64,000 bases of DNA from Octopus vulgaris (GCA_951406725.2 OX597818.1:116870001-116934000), one strand, 5' to 3'. Positions 14,489 to 29,181 are shown, numbered from the stretch's first letter. A program made the numbers and translations. The notes: generated by a model not told the origin, from the letters alone.

Positions 14489-16144
14489 TCGCACACGTAT
14501 ATATATTTCTATATCAGTCAAAGTCTATTTTACAAGGCAATATTAAGTTTCCAATTCCCCATTTGTAATTACTTTCATCGGGCAAGTTATTCTTGTTTTG
14601 TTTTCATAAATGCAACGAGCTTTCAATGAAATCCAAATATAGACATTTCAATTTGTGACACATGGAACCGACTGCAATCAATACAATAAAGATGAAGCGA
14701 GGATGTCATCTATAACTAAGATCAACTGCAATAATAATACCGAATTTTATTCGTATAGATTCATATATTGCATATATATTATTCGTGTCATATATTGCAT
14801 AAATGAGATTTATGCCATAATCTAAATCAAATAACAAATCGAGGTGCAGAATTAATGTCATAACACCTTCCAAATATTGCTATTACCATTTTATAGAATT
14901 CCAATTTTATCCTAGGATAATAATTCCAATGAAAATTTATCTCGTTCATTCTCTGCTCATTTAGGCGTATTTTAATGAATATAGTTATCTTGTCATATCT
15001 TACCATTAGCCGTTACTTTGCTCCAATTACTAAAAAATATAGTTTGCTGTTATAAATAGTTAATAACTTTTAGCTACGACGTATGGTATGAGTTACAGTA
15101 TATTGCTATTCTCTCTAAATCGAATCGCAAATGCTCTTCCTCCATTATTCAGCTGTTCGCATGTTATTGTGGGTAGTGTATGGCTACAAATAATAAAATT
15201 TTGCTCTCAATACCAAATAAACAAATAAGATATTCAGATGGTTATCAAAGGAATACTTCCAGTATACATGCACCTCAGTGGTTCTGCGTTTGTCGATAAG
15301 TATTTATAAATTAAATGCTGTTTTTGTGTTATATAGTCAGAAAGTATTTTGTTCGTATTAGGAAAACCTTTGTGATGGACTTAATGCATTTTATGAACAA
15401 AAAATAAAAAAATAAAGAGAGAATTACAATACATATATTTCTGAGAAGACATTAAAATTATAATATTATAATGAATTTTCAAATCATTGCCAAGTGACAC
15501 GTAATTTAATCTCTCATAAAATTCCGAATGAAAGATAAATTGGGGAAGGTATGCATAATGCGAATACAATATGTACAAAGTCTCATTGATAAGTAAACTA
15601 GACGTTTTAATAACGTGTATATTTGAAAAAGCAATGGAGAGATAGATCATTAATATCAGGTAAGTGAACACCTGCACAAATAAATATTTATACAAATAAA
15701 CTTGAAGAAAGGTTATACTATAAACAAATCTGTCACGCAGCTCATACTTCATACAATAGGATATTTACTAATTTCCCACTGCGATATGTCTCCTCACCTT
15801 ACAACTACTGATATCAATATTCAAACGACCGACCACAGATGTTTCCTAAACAAAAACAGTCTCTCCGGTCTCCATCTTCACACTCTCTCTTTACGATATA
15901 TAACTGCTCAACACACACACACACACATGTCTGTGTATATGTAGACACATGCCTGTGTATATGTAGATACATGTATATGAATATACGCAGATAGACATCG
16001 AGGGGTACCCCAAATTAACACACTCACCGGTAAAATTTCCACTTATTTCTTTCTTATTTTTTCTAAAATTTTCGTCTTGCAACCTTTTCAATAGTTTTGT
16101 CTCTCTTTTATGTCTAAATAAAGTAATATGACAACATCTGGGAA

Positions 16145-16194
16145 TTCTTGTACACATCTGTTTCGGTTATTTGTTGTTCTCTCATCAGATAGAA
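16145..16194 (-). ncRNA. Degenerate type I hammerhead ribozyme motif
   Basis: Minus strand: ttctat-CTGATGA-gagaacaacaaataacc-GAAA-cagatgtg-TA-caagaa. The core is intact and stem III is near-palindromic, but stems I and II are eroded. Confidence 0.45.
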
Positions 16195-16708
16195 GGACAA
16201 CAATATTCTTTACCTATCATCGAACTAAAAACTATGATTACTGTATAGTCTATAGTATCCGTGGGCATCGGGTACATCATCTTCATGGAATCATTTCTTC
16301 AGGCGATATAACATTAATGGATGTTTACTAGAGAGTTGTTTATCCTTTTTGACCAGTGAGAATGTTGGTTGAGTTATGACATAGCGCTAACAGCTTTCAC
16401 ACTGGTGAAAACTGATAAGAACAGCTTCTTCCTATCTCGAATAAGTCACCACAAGCCCATTCTTCTCAGGTTCACTCTAACAATAAGTGTATATATTTTC
16501 TGTCCGCACACCTATCTCCCTTTTTATTTACCTCAGTTACTTCAAACTTTGATGACAGTATCTAAGTTGACATTTGATCTGCTAAAAATAATAACCATAT
16601 AATAACCAAATTTCCTTTAGATCATAAAGCACTGCATTCAAAGCTGATGAAATGTAAGTTTATATTTGAAAATATATTAGAGTTGAATAATGGTATGATG
16701 GTTAAAAA

Positions 16709-17123
16709 GGCGGCGAGCTGACAGAAATGTTAGCATGCCGGGCAAAATGCTTAGCGCTATTTCGTCTGCCGTTACTTTCTGAGTTCAAATTCCGCCGAGG
16801 TCGACTTTGCCTTTCATCCTTTCGGGGTCAATTAAATAAATACCAGTTACGCACTGGGGTCGATATAATCGACTTAATCCGTTTGTCTGTCCTTGTTTGT
16901 CCTCTTTATATTTAGCCCCTTGTGGGGTATAAAGAAACAGGTATTTCGTCTGCCGTTACATTCTGAGTTCAAATTCCGCCGAGGTCGACTTTGCCTTTCA
17001 TCCATTCGGAGTCGATTAATTAAGTACCACTTACACACTGGGGTCGATGTAATCGACTTAATACCTTTGTCTGTCCATATTTGTCCCCTCTATGTTTAGC
17101 CCCTTGTGGGTAATAAAGAAATA
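16709..17123 (+). mobile_element. SINE family A dimer with a 16-bp TSD
   Basis: Full head followed by two core units. TSD ggtatgatggttaaaa at 16692-16707 and 17124-17139. Confidence 0.93.
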
Positions 17124-17973
17124 GGTATGATGGTTAAAACTGGAACAATTTTGATCATAGCTCCATTTGCTTACAGTCGAAATGGAGATTAAAGAACACT
17201 AATCATTCAAGCAACCAACGCAATCTTCCAATACATTACAGCATCCAACTGAAATACACTTCCCTGTCTCTATATTTAACCACACTTATTCGCCTACACA
17301 CGAACCATAAGGCAACAGAATGTGCCATTATACATTACATCAAAAATAGCGTAACTAATAGTATATTGCTGTTTATTTTTTGCTTCATATTTAAACATCG
17401 CTTCAAAGTTCTATTTAAAGAAATATATACGTAAAAATCACTTTAAACCCAAATGAAATAACTTCAGTTTACATTAATAGACATAAAGTTTAATTTTCTT
17501 CTTTATTTTTATTTTTTGTCTGTGTATTTAGCATATAGGGAAAACTTAGTCTATGATCAGCACGATTTTCATGATTTGAAAAATGATTAAAGATAAAAAA
17601 AAAAATATATATAATGAGTAGGATTTGCGGAAATTATTTTTTTGTATACAAAAAATTGTTAGTCTATAATAAACACGCGTGATGTGCATGTACATATACG
17701 GTATAATTTATACAGATAATAAATTGCTCACGTATATAAATTCGTAAACACACAAGCTCACATACAAACGCACATACGAACACATTTATATATGTATATG
17801 TACATATTAATTAGTCTTGCATATACCACGTTTTCTTGCATGAAATTCACAGTTTTCTATTAATTTAATATTATCAGCCGTAAAAATAGATATTTAAAAA
17901 ATAGGTTCAGTAAAACAATACAAAAATAATCAATGATAATTTCTTTCTCTTATATTATAAGCTAGAAACCGGT

Positions 17974-18564
17974 GAACTAGAGGATGTAGCCGAGTTTACG
18001 TATTTAGGTAGTAAGTTAACGTTTTCAGGCGGCACCGACGAAGATATTAAGACGAGAATAAGTAAGGTAAGGACCGCTTTTCACCTGCTAAAGAAAGTAT
18101 GGAGCGCAAGTGTAATTTCAATAAAGAACAAAATAAGAATTTTTAACACTAACGTAAAAGCTGAGACATGGCGAACAACAGTTAAGTCAAATAAGCAAAT
18201 ACAATCATTCATCAACAGATGCTTGCGTAGTATACTTAAAATTAGATGGCCCGAACACATAAGCAATATAGAGCTATGGCAAAGAACACATCAAGTTTCG
18301 ATTAGGGAGCAAATATTTCAGAAAAAGTGGAAGTGGATTGGTAGCACAATTAGAAAAGAATCACCAAGTGTAGCGAAAAGTGCTTTACAGTGGAAACCGG
18401 ATGGATATAAAAGGAGAGGTAGGCCTAAGAAATCGTGGCGTAGATCAACACAAAAAGAACTAGAGAAAGGGGGACATTCATGGCAGAGTATAAGTACAGA
18501 AGCCAAAAATTATGCTACATGGAATTCAACTATAAGTGGCCTATACTCCGCACTGGAAGGTTAA
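17974..18564 (+). mobile_element. RTE-clade LINE 3' fragment (RT thumb and C-terminus)
   Basis: Open frame ELEDVAEFTYLGS...DIKTRISK...KIRIFNTNVKAETW...FINRCLRSILKIRWPEHISN.ELW...WKWIG...ALQWKPDG.KRRGRPKKSWRR. The usual SVLLYG before ETW is deleted. Confidence 0.93.
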
Positions 18565-20464
18565 AGGCATACAGAAAAAATATATATAAAGACGTGCCAA
18601 ATTTTTCTTCCGAATTTTGAAATTTCTCCCTGTGTAAAGTTCGTAAATTCTAGGCAAAGTGGCTGCAGATCGCATCAGTAAAGATGTGCAGAGTTGAGAG
18701 TATCTACTGCCTGGTATGGTACAATTGAATGCTTCGTGTACACATGCTTACTACGCCTTAATGCAGTTCATATATTTATTAATACAAAGGTGACTTAACG
18801 TAATGTTGATTCATATAAGAAGCATTGATGCTCTTATTTCTCTTTCAGACTTATGCACTGCGCCAACATGGTAGATGCCAACTTGACAAAGGAAATGAAA
18901 AGGTACTCCGTGCACATGTATCTCGCTGACAAAACAGCATCTCAGGAACTGTCAGCTACTTGAACGTGGCAATGTCCTTTCGTCCAAAATTGGAAATATA
19001 ATATGGTGGCAAAATGATAAGCAAAATATACCACCTGGTGAAGAATATCATCAAGAGACCCAACATATTGACGAATTATGTTACAGAGGAATTCAAATGG
19101 GCAGAGTCCGTTCAGGGATTTGAGGTTCACAAAGACCTTACGCGCAACTCTTACAAATGTGGAAAATAGGGAATTGTATGTCCGATAAAACACCAGAGAA
19201 TGTATGAACCTTTCACTGTTCTTGCAGAGTAAGACCTAACACCGCGAGAAACATGTTATGCTTCTTTTTCTTTATAAGCGAGGGGTTTGAAAGATCAGAA
19301 GGAAACAAGGGAAATGGTAATTAACCCTCCAGGAAACCCATGATGAATACACCCAGTTGCCGACGGTTTCTTAAAGATGAGAACCATGTTAGCCACTTCC
19401 TTTCATCTCCTTGTTTAGTCTTTTGAGACAAATCATCACATACATTGAGCTTCTGGATGGCCAAGATCTGGATGGTGGTGTGACAGAGCCATATGCTTCC
19501 AGCAGGATTCCGTTCAACCCTATATAGCCTTCGATTCCTAGAAGAGACGGGTGAAAAATGTTGCCGATCATCAACCAGTTTATGACCGAGTTTTGATTTT
19601 TAACATTGGGTAGCAACATAGATGGCCGTCGAGGATGAGACAAAAGTGACCACCACAAAAGAAAGGAATTACAAAATAATTTTGCTATAAGCCATATGCA
19701 TATGTGTGTAAGTAGCATGTAAAATGTATCTATATATGCATATATATATATATATATATATACGCGCGCGCACATGTGTATCGAGAAGTGTCCGTCGCAT
19801 TTCCACCGATCATATTACCATTACACTTTGCCCCCCACCCAAAAGATAAGAAATAGAAAAGAAAAAAAAAGATTCAAATTTTGATTTTATTTAGTTCGGG
19901 GATCATTTTCAGATTTTCGTCCACTCCATCTTCAACTCTAGCATATCATATCCAGGAGTACATAACTGAAATATACTCTTCGATTTATAAGACGTGAGGT
20001 AAAATTTGACGAATATTTGATTGCTAATATTAACAAAGTTTAAAGAGGAGAGCTGACAGAATAGTTAACACGCTGGACTTTTTGTTCGTCTTCACATTCC
20101 GATTTCAAATTTCGCCGATATCCAATTTGTCTTTCATAATTGCAGGCTCAATAAGATAAGTACCAGTTGAAAACTGGGGTCGATGTAATCGACTTACCGC
20201 CCCCACGCCAAAATTGCTGGCCTTGTTCCAGAATTCGAAATCATTATTAAGAAAATTTCGTATTTTCATCCGTTTGTTTTCATTGTTTTACGTAGAAGGA
20301 AGGACGCTACCTCTTTCATCTATATGTCATGGAAGGTAAAAGACAATCCAATACTCATACCATAGCTTTTGATTTTAATACTTAATGTGAACAAAATTCG
20401 AATTCGCTAGAAGAATACCCGTCACCGAAAACACATACCACTTGTCAACGCATATAGTCCCTTT

Positions 20465-20877
20465 GGGCGGGGTGGCAGAGTCGTTAGCACGCCGGGCGAA
20501 ATGCTTAGCGTTATTTCGTCTGCCGCTACGTTTTGAGTTCAAATTCGGCCGAGGTCGACTTTGCCTTTCATCCTTTCGGGGTCGATAAATAAAGTACCAG
20601 TTTCGCACTAGGGTCGATATAATCGACTTAATCCGTTTGTCTGTCCTTGTTTGTCTTCTGTGTTTAGCCCCTTGTGGGTAGTAAAAAAATAGGTATTTCG
20701 TCTGCCGCTACATTCTGAGTTCAAATTCCGCCGAGGTCGACTTTGCCTGTCATCATTTCGGGGTCGAGTAAATAAGTACCAGTTACGCACTGGGTCGATA
20801 TAATCGACTTAATCCGTTTGTCTGTCCTTGTTCGTCCTCTATGTGTTTAGCCCCTTGTGGGCAGTAAAGAAATAGGC
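20465..20877 (+). mobile_element. SINE family A dimer
   Basis: Head ggcggggtggcagagtcgttagc followed by two core units. Confidence 0.92.
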
Positions 20878-21536
20878 TTCCAACACAAGTAGCAACTATC
20901 TCGTTTATAGGCCCGGATCTATGATTGATAATACTTTCTCATGATTCCGAAGAGTAGAATCGAACTTAAAATAAAGAGACTGTGAAAAATGTTTATTTCT
21001 TCCCATGCTTTAATTCAAATGTCTTCTTCCAGCAGACATTGCTCAATTAACAAATCCTTGCTTCCTAACTACATGGTCTCAAGTTAAATCGATCGTTAAC
21101 GATTCTTAATATGTCGTCCTCCCGTATAATGTTGCAAGAGGTTACGTCATTGCATTGCAGATTGTGCTTGATAGATAACAAACTTCTCTTTATCTGTTTT
21201 ATATTATGTAACGTCCAATACCAATCAGGATAAAATCTAATGTGTTTAGTCTCATTTCTTCATCTCATTTCCTTATTTGTTACTAATATATGAAAACTCT
21301 ATATAACTGTATTATTGTACATGGTTAATTTGTTTAGATATCGCTAACTTCAAACGAAAATGGAAACATTTCAGAACGAGTTTGTAAATTGATCAATAGG
21401 TTCTATACTAAAATTGCCCACTTTTATAAAATATTGTTTATGAATATTTCTCTCTCTCCCTCTCACTCCTATCTATTTATATATCTGCTTGTTTATCTGT
21501 GTGTCAGTGTATGTGTGTGTGTGTGTGTGTATGATG

Positions 21537-21904
<368 letters not shown>

Positions 21905-21935
21905 GACACAGATAGATAGGTAGATAGATAGATGC

Positions 21936-21968
<33 letters not shown>

Positions 21969-22623
21969 GATAAATAGAGAGAGAGTGTATGTGTGTGTGT
22001 TAAAGACAGAAATAGAAGGAAATGGAAAAGACTGAGGCATACGGACATGATATTTAAGGTGGATAAAAAAAGAAAGAATGATTTTCACTGGGGTACAGAA
22101 GCAAACAATTTGGTGGCAATAAGATGGATTAGTTCTTCCTATGATACACTTCGTTCAGTTTCAAAGAAGAGGGTGAAATTCCTCGATTAATAAAAACCAA
22201 ATACTCATTGCATGATAGAGATTATACGAGAGTTGATAATTCTATAGCGAACTGTACACTGAAAGTAATCTAATGTAAACTAACGAGTGTCTAGTATTGG
22301 TCTGACATTTTTTGTACATGACCAGCATTTCGGGGAGTAAGTCGATTACATTGACCCCAGTACTAAACTGGTACAAATTTTATCGACTCCGAAATAATGA
22401 AAGACAAAGTCCACCTCCACGGGATTTCAACTCAGAAAGAAAGAGGAGCGAAATGTCGTTAATTAAGAAAATGGAGAAATTGACATATCTATTTATTTAA
22501 ATAGATATGTTAAATAACGATATGTATCAAGGCAAAACTAATATATTTAGTTTTCACTGAACACTGGTATAGACTGAAGATATAGGATGCTAGCATCCTT
22601 TAAATGATTATAGGTCCTTGATA

Positions 22624-22670
<47 letters not shown>

Positions 22671-22999
22671 TATGTAAATACCTATATTACCTTCTCTCCT
22701 ATATATCAGCATATTTATCTAGTAGAAGTAGAGTAATGCTCTCCATCTTCACTATTTGTAGTGAAAGCACTTCAACAAGCACTGCATTTGTAACATAATA
22801 TTTAATCTATCATTATCGCATGAATGAAGCTGTACATGCAGAAATGCTAATCCCTCCCACTCTGTTTCCCATGTAATAACAGTCTGAAGATATTTATATA
22901 GTAATACAAGTTTGTTCGAATAAATGTAACGGTAAAGTGTAAAAGTTGCGTAACAAGTTTAATGCAGAAATTCGAAAATAATATTTAATTCTTACAAAT

Positions 23000-23135
23000 T
23001 ACAATTTTCTCAAGAAAGCCAAGAGAAAAGAAATGTTTTATTTTGACACATTCTACCAGTATACGAAGTTTAAAAAAGTGTTTAGTTAACTAGAAATTGT
23101 GTTGAAAACTGCCGTTCAAAAAGAAAAGATCTCAA
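23000..23135 (+). repeat. Dispersed repeat with a second copy at about 48985-49112
   Basis: Both loci share gccaagag.aaaga..tgtttta..tgacacattc.ac.agtatacgaagttt.aaagtgtttagtta. Confidence 0.7.
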
Positions 23136-24840
23136 AATTGTTTTGTAGATATACTATGAAGGGAAAAATGTATTAAATGTAACTGCTAGAGTACGGGGCT
23201 CGACTAGTCATTGCATCTCCACATCTGTATGTCATCATCTCATCAATTTATTCGTTTTATTTTCTTTCCCCGCTGCATGTTTAGTCTGTCCTTGTACTGT
23301 CTCCCTCTGTATCGGGCTCCTAGTGGCAAAATAAAGAAATAAAGAAATCTAGCGTATTGGTAGTCTTGCGAAGTACGTCGTGTGAACACATTGATTAAAC
23401 CTCCGCTACATAATTTATCTATACCAACATCTGTCAGGATATAAAATGCTGAAGTTTTTAAAGCACTAAGATCAGATCACACAAACAGATGATAAAGCAG
23501 TAGACTTACTCAAGGTGTTAATGGATTGTGACCCAGTATTATAGAATGGCAATACACGAAATAAAATTGTGCAATATCTTTTAATTACTTAATTATCATG
23601 TAATCCAGCTTAGATTATTTCTTAATTTGATTATGACATTAATAGTACACTATTAGTAATTTTTGCCCTAAGGCGTCTTTTTGGTTATCTTCGAAAATTT
23701 ACCCGTTAACTAGCTGGAATTTTATATTATAACTATTAAAATAATGATACCCTACAGCTTGAGTACAAATATGTAGAGGAAAATATACTACGTTTAAAAA
23801 TAGTTACACTAGGCGGATCATGTACAGCACATATGTCGGATGCTAGCTGTATCTTGCATGACCAGATATAGCTAACATCCGACATATGAAAAGTTGAAAT
23901 TTTCATGTATTATACTTTACATCATTACATTTCTGATACACGATACCTATTGATGGTTTTTTTCTCTATTTTTACGATCCCTTTTGATCGAAAACCTGCC
24001 CCCTTTTTATTTTTTATTTTATTTTCCTTTGTTTTTTTTTCTTCCCCCAAAGAAAAGCTCTACTTTGTAATTTGTCCCCTCTGTGTTCAGCCCTGTGTGG
24101 CTAATAAAGAAACATATATATATATATATATATTTAGGATAATAAGGTAGTCAGAATGTCGGATGATTATATATATATTTTTAATTATTTACATTTTACT
24201 TTTCATTTTTAGTGCTTTCTTCTTCCCTTATTGGATTTATCAAAAAATTGTTCAATTTTAGATTTCTTGGCCTTTTTCTAAAGAATTTTCTGGGGTTTGC
24301 TAAGTACGGGAGAAGAAAGAAGAAATTTTCGGGGGGAAGAAGGGGAAGGTAAAGATATGTGGCTTTTGTATGGTAAGACTTGTTTTGTTCTTTATGTCCT
24401 TTTAGGGTAGGGGAGGAAAAAGAAGAGAAAGGAAAAAGGAGTTTTGTATTTGAATTGGTCAAGGTTTTAATTAAAAAACCCAGATGTTTTTGACTTTTCT
24501 CAGTACAAATTATAATTGTATTTCCAGGACTTGCTCTTTTGTATCCATTAAAGAATACTAGGATGGATGTGGTCAATTTTTTTATTGGAATTCTAGAAGA
24601 GTACTGAAGTAAGTCAAAAACCTTGACCAATTCAAATACAATGTTTTTTTCCTTTTTCTTCTTCACCCCCGTCCCACATTAAACGGCCACTAAGTACTAA
24701 TAATTCTGACCATACAAAATCCACGCCCCTTTACCTCCATTTCCTTCTCAAAAAAAGTTATTTCTTCTTTCTTCTCTCTTGCGTGGCAAACCCCAGAAAA
24801 TTCTTTATAAAAAGGCCAAGAAATATATATATATATATAA

Positions 24841-27627
24841 TGAAATTATTGTATACAGTGCTCAGGTGCACCACAACTTGTCAGAAAGTGCGTATAAAAT
24901 ACATGCAGTAATGTAAAAATGTCTGGAAAGCGAACAATGTATAAGTCAGATACATGCTTGTGTGTGTATGGAGGGGAGAAAATCAGGTGTAGTGTTGGCG
25001 AATCTCAGAAAGCATGGAACTTTTGAAGGACGCAGTGCTCCGTCAACTAACAACTGATGCCGGCAGTTTGTTCCATGCTTCAGCAACACTCAGCGTGAAA
25101 AAATGTTTCCTGAAGTCATGGGATCTGTGCTGTTTTCTTTTTTTGTAAATATGTCCACGGGTGTTAGATGGGTGGAGTTTGAAAAGGTGCTCAGAGTTAT
25201 TGTTTGTACGATGGTTGATAATTTTATGGGTGTCTGCCAAGTCAGCTGCCAGACGTCGGAGTTTCAGTGTGTCCATGCCCAGGGAAGTAAGGCGTTTAGG
25301 ATATGGCAAATGCCTGATGGAGGGTATTCTTTTGGTTGCACGTCGCTGAACGGCTTCCAGGTGAGGTCTTACCATAGCACTATAAAGCCGCAGATAGATA
25401 GCCGGAGAGCGGCTCACAAAGGATTTGGTGAGTGATGCCAAGACACCCTCAGCCTTCTTGACAATTTTAGCAATGTGTTTTGTCCAACGCAAATCACTGT
25501 CGACAATAACACCCAGGTCACGTTCACATGAAGACTTTTTGAGACTAGTGTTGTGGAGGGAGTAGGTGGACGCTGGGTTTCTCCTCCCAAAATGCATGGT
25601 GGTACATTTGTCCACAGCCAGCTTGAGTTGCCAGTCCATGATCCACTGCTGCATTGTGTCCAGGTCTGCTTGCAATAGAGATCTATAGTGTACAGGATTT
25701 GACCTCTTTATTTCAAGGTACAGCTTGATGTCATCTGCATATTTCAGCACTGTGGCATTCTTTAAGTTGGCATCTATGTCATTAACATATGCAACAAATA
25801 ACAGGGGGGCCAAGAACAGATCCCTGTGGTACACCAGATGTCATCTCATAGGGCGAAGAGTGCTGTCCTAGAACTGTGACAACCTTTTTCGGCCGAAAAT
25901 AAAGGACTTCAACCAGTTATAGAGTTCGTCACTTACACCCAACGCAGAAAGCTTCACCATAAGTCTTTTGTGTGGCACAGAGTTAAAAGCCTTAGCAAAG
26001 TCCAGGTAAACAACATCCACCCAGGGTCCGCGATCAGTGATTTGGGTAACGTCCTCAAGAAACTCGATTAGTTGATTACAGCAGCTGGAGTTAGGAATAA
26101 ATCCGAATTGTGACGGCTGGATGAGGCTGTGAGACTTCCAGAAGTTCCAGAGGGTTTCTCTGATACAGGATTCCATCAGTTTGGCGATGCAGCTAGTAAG
26201 ACTGACGGGGCAATAGTTGACAAGCGATGTGCGGTCGCCTTTTTTGAACAGAGGGATGGCACTGGCAGTTTTCCACTGTTCTGGAGTAACACCATTGTCA
26301 AGACAGAATTGGAAGAATAGAGAAAGTTGGCTTAGAAGAAAGTACCCACCGCGTTTGAGAAGTAGGTATGTAACACCATCGAAACCAGGAGAGGCATAAT
26401 TGCGTTTATTCTTAAGGTAGCGTTGCAGCATTGCTGGTGTAAATTGCATAGTAGATATGGAGTCCGATGTCAGTGGTGATGAAGATGGAACATTTTGGTC
26501 TTCGACAGTAAAGATGCCGGCATAGCATCCAGCAATGATTTCTGCACATTCTTCGGGATTGCCAGTAATCTGTCCTGTGTGGGGATTGCGAAGGGGACCA
26601 ACTGGAGAGTGGGGTCTCTGCTTTGAGTGCACATACTTCCAGAACACTTTGCTGTCAGGGTTAACTGCAATGCGTTGTTCAAATTCAAGCACTGCCTTTT
26701 TTGTCACCTGCTTGAGGTGGTTGGCTGACCTATTGCGCTTTTTCCTGTTGCTCTCTGATTTGTGCAATTTGTATTCCAGTTCAGCATTACGGCGCTCTTT
26801 CCTGGCAAGCCGGACTGCTGCAGTCTCCCAAATTGCACTATTGGGTGTTTTTTTGTGCTTGCGTGGTACTGATGCTGCACATGCTGCCCATATTGAATTC
26901 AGAATGTTCTGGAGTATAGTGTCCACATCTCCAGAGGCATAAAATTCGCGCCAGTTTGGGCGTTGCAGCTCAGTACAATAAGAGCTCCAGTTTGCTTTAT
27001 TCCAGTCAAAGCGGGCAGTCTGAAGATGGTTGTGGTTTTTGTTACAACCAATCAGAGACAAGTCCATGATCATGGAATGATCAGAGTCACCTAAAGGTTC
27101 TTCGGTAGTGACACTAATGATTGTTTCAGGAGAAGCGGTAAGTAGCAGATCCAAAGTGTTGTTACCCCTTGTGGGGGAGGTAACAACTTGGGACCAATTT
27201 GAATTCAGCACCAGTTCAAGGAAATCGTCTGCACTTTGCGGCCAACGGAAGGCCTCCCAGTCAATCTCAGGGAAATTGAAGTCGCCCGCAATATACACAT
27301 ATGTGGCTGTTTTCATGGCAGCAGCTCTGAGGATATCAAAAAGCTGTGCGTCTTGGCGATAATTTGGGGGGCGGTAAACGACTCCGAGCAGAAGTGTTGA
27401 CATGGTCATGTTATTTCTTTATTGTTGACATGGTCATGTGTATATTGCAGAAAAATACTTCCTGCTGAGATTGGTTCAAATCATCACCGGGGATTGCCGA
27501 TAGACTTGATCGAACATAAATCATCACACACCCTCCACGGCGATTAATGCGGTCTTTGCGGAACAGGTTGTAGCCGGCTATGCTGAAAACTCCATCACAG
27601 AGTGCAGAGTGTGCCCATGTTTCCGTG
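24841..27627 (-). mobile_element. 5'-truncated CR1/L2-group LINE: ORF2 (APE endonuclease and RT) with frameshifts, plus 3' UTR ending at (TA)n
   Basis: APE motifs TETW..GYNLFRKDR..RGG, VYRPP, GDFNFPEIDW, LDLLL and SDH. RT motifs QFGF, YLDFAKAFNSVPH, PLLF and YADDIK. C-terminal VQRRATK.IP and FF..VAEAWNKLP. Split over ORFs 25868-27409 and 25043-25834. Confidence 0.95.
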
Positions 27628-28781
27628 TCTTTGATGAAATCTGGGTTGATACTTTTGACGTAGGAGTCAAAAAGATATTTGAACCATTTTTTAATAAATC
27701 CGATAACGGAAGAAAGACATGAATGTAAATAAGATGTAAATAAATAAAAATATATATATCATCATCCAACATGCTGATTACCTTATTATTCTAAATATAC
27801 AATATCTGAAGTTTGATATAATTAAAAAAATAAACGCTGTTAAATGTAAACGAATATACATGAAGTATAAATTGAATTTAGTAATGTTGCTGTTTCAAAC
27901 TATATGAAATGAGTCCAATAATGTTACTTATAATATATTCTCACCTAATTAAATATGTATAGATGTAACACTGCATGCTTATTCAACCAGCACATTAATT
28001 ATTGTTGTTTAGCGATCTATTTTGGATAATATTAAATATAAAAATAAACGTAGCGTATTAGCTTATATATATGCTAATTCAAATTATGAATTTCTTATTA
28101 AAATTAGGCTTTCAGTAATTGTGTTTCTACTGCGCCATTGTTTTACCTTGATTGTGCGCCTGAGATTATTGTTCATGTTGAATAAAATGTGCACGCTATT
28201 TAGCTCAGTATTAAAATTAGGATGATTAATTTTCAGTTACATTTAAAATTCGTCTTTTATAATTTATTTAACATACCCACCCACGCTTTTAGACAGGGGT
28301 CAATAATCTTATCTACTCTCTAATTTCACTTTAAGATTTATATTTTATTCTCTCTGGATCATCAAGAAAAAAATTATCAATATGAACTTCAACTGGAATA
28401 TTCAGTAATTTCATTTTAAAGATATTAGAATATTTAAGTTAACCATAATTGATGATAAAATATACTATTCTTAATTTACCAACATTCTCACAAAATATAT
28501 CTAGAAAATTCAACAACAATTCTATTAAAAATTATATAGCTTGTGCCTCCTCCGCTCTGCTCATAGATTGTTAAAACCTTAGCAATGTTAATAGTGATAG
28601 AATATCTAACAAGTGATAAAATAAGTAGCCCTTTGTTAACGTGGTCCGTAAGATAGTAACGAATTAAAAATAATGCGTATGAAAGGATAAGATTTCTTAC
28701 AGCGGTGCGCTGTCTTGCGCAAACAAGCGTAGCTTTAATATCAAGAGGTCAGCACGATTTTTTATGCACTATCACACAAAA

Positions 28782-29181
28782 TTCTTTTCTACTCTAGGCA
28801 CAAGGCCAGAAGTTTTGGGAGGGAGGGGAACAGTCGATTAGATCGATCCCAGTACACAACTGATACTTAATTTATCGACCCCGAAAGGATGAAAAGCAAA
28901 GTCGATCTCCGCGGAATTTGAACTCAGAACGTAAAGACAGACGGAATACCTATTTCTTTATTACCCACAAGGGGCTAAACATAGAGGGGACAAACAAGGA
29001 CAGACATAGGTATTAAGTCGATTATATCGACCCCAGAGCGTAACTGGTACTTAATTTATCGACCCCGAAAGGATGAAAGGCAAAGTTGACCTCGGCGGAA
29101 TTTGAACTCACAACGTAACGACAGACGGAATACCGCTTAGCATTTAGCCCGGCGTGCTAACGTTTCTGCCAGCTCGCCGCT
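28782..29181 (-). mobile_element. SINE family A dimer
   Basis: Head at 29181 followed by two core units. Confidence 0.92.

Noticed and set aside
16640-16685. CTGATGA...GAAA motif with an AT-rich hairpin
   Set aside because: There is no stem I pairing, so it is probably chance in AT-rich DNA. Similar cores at about 5926 (+) and 51278 (-) also lack stems.
24196-24666. 156-aa ORF
   Set aside because: It lies across a fold-back repeat, has biased composition and shows no motifs.
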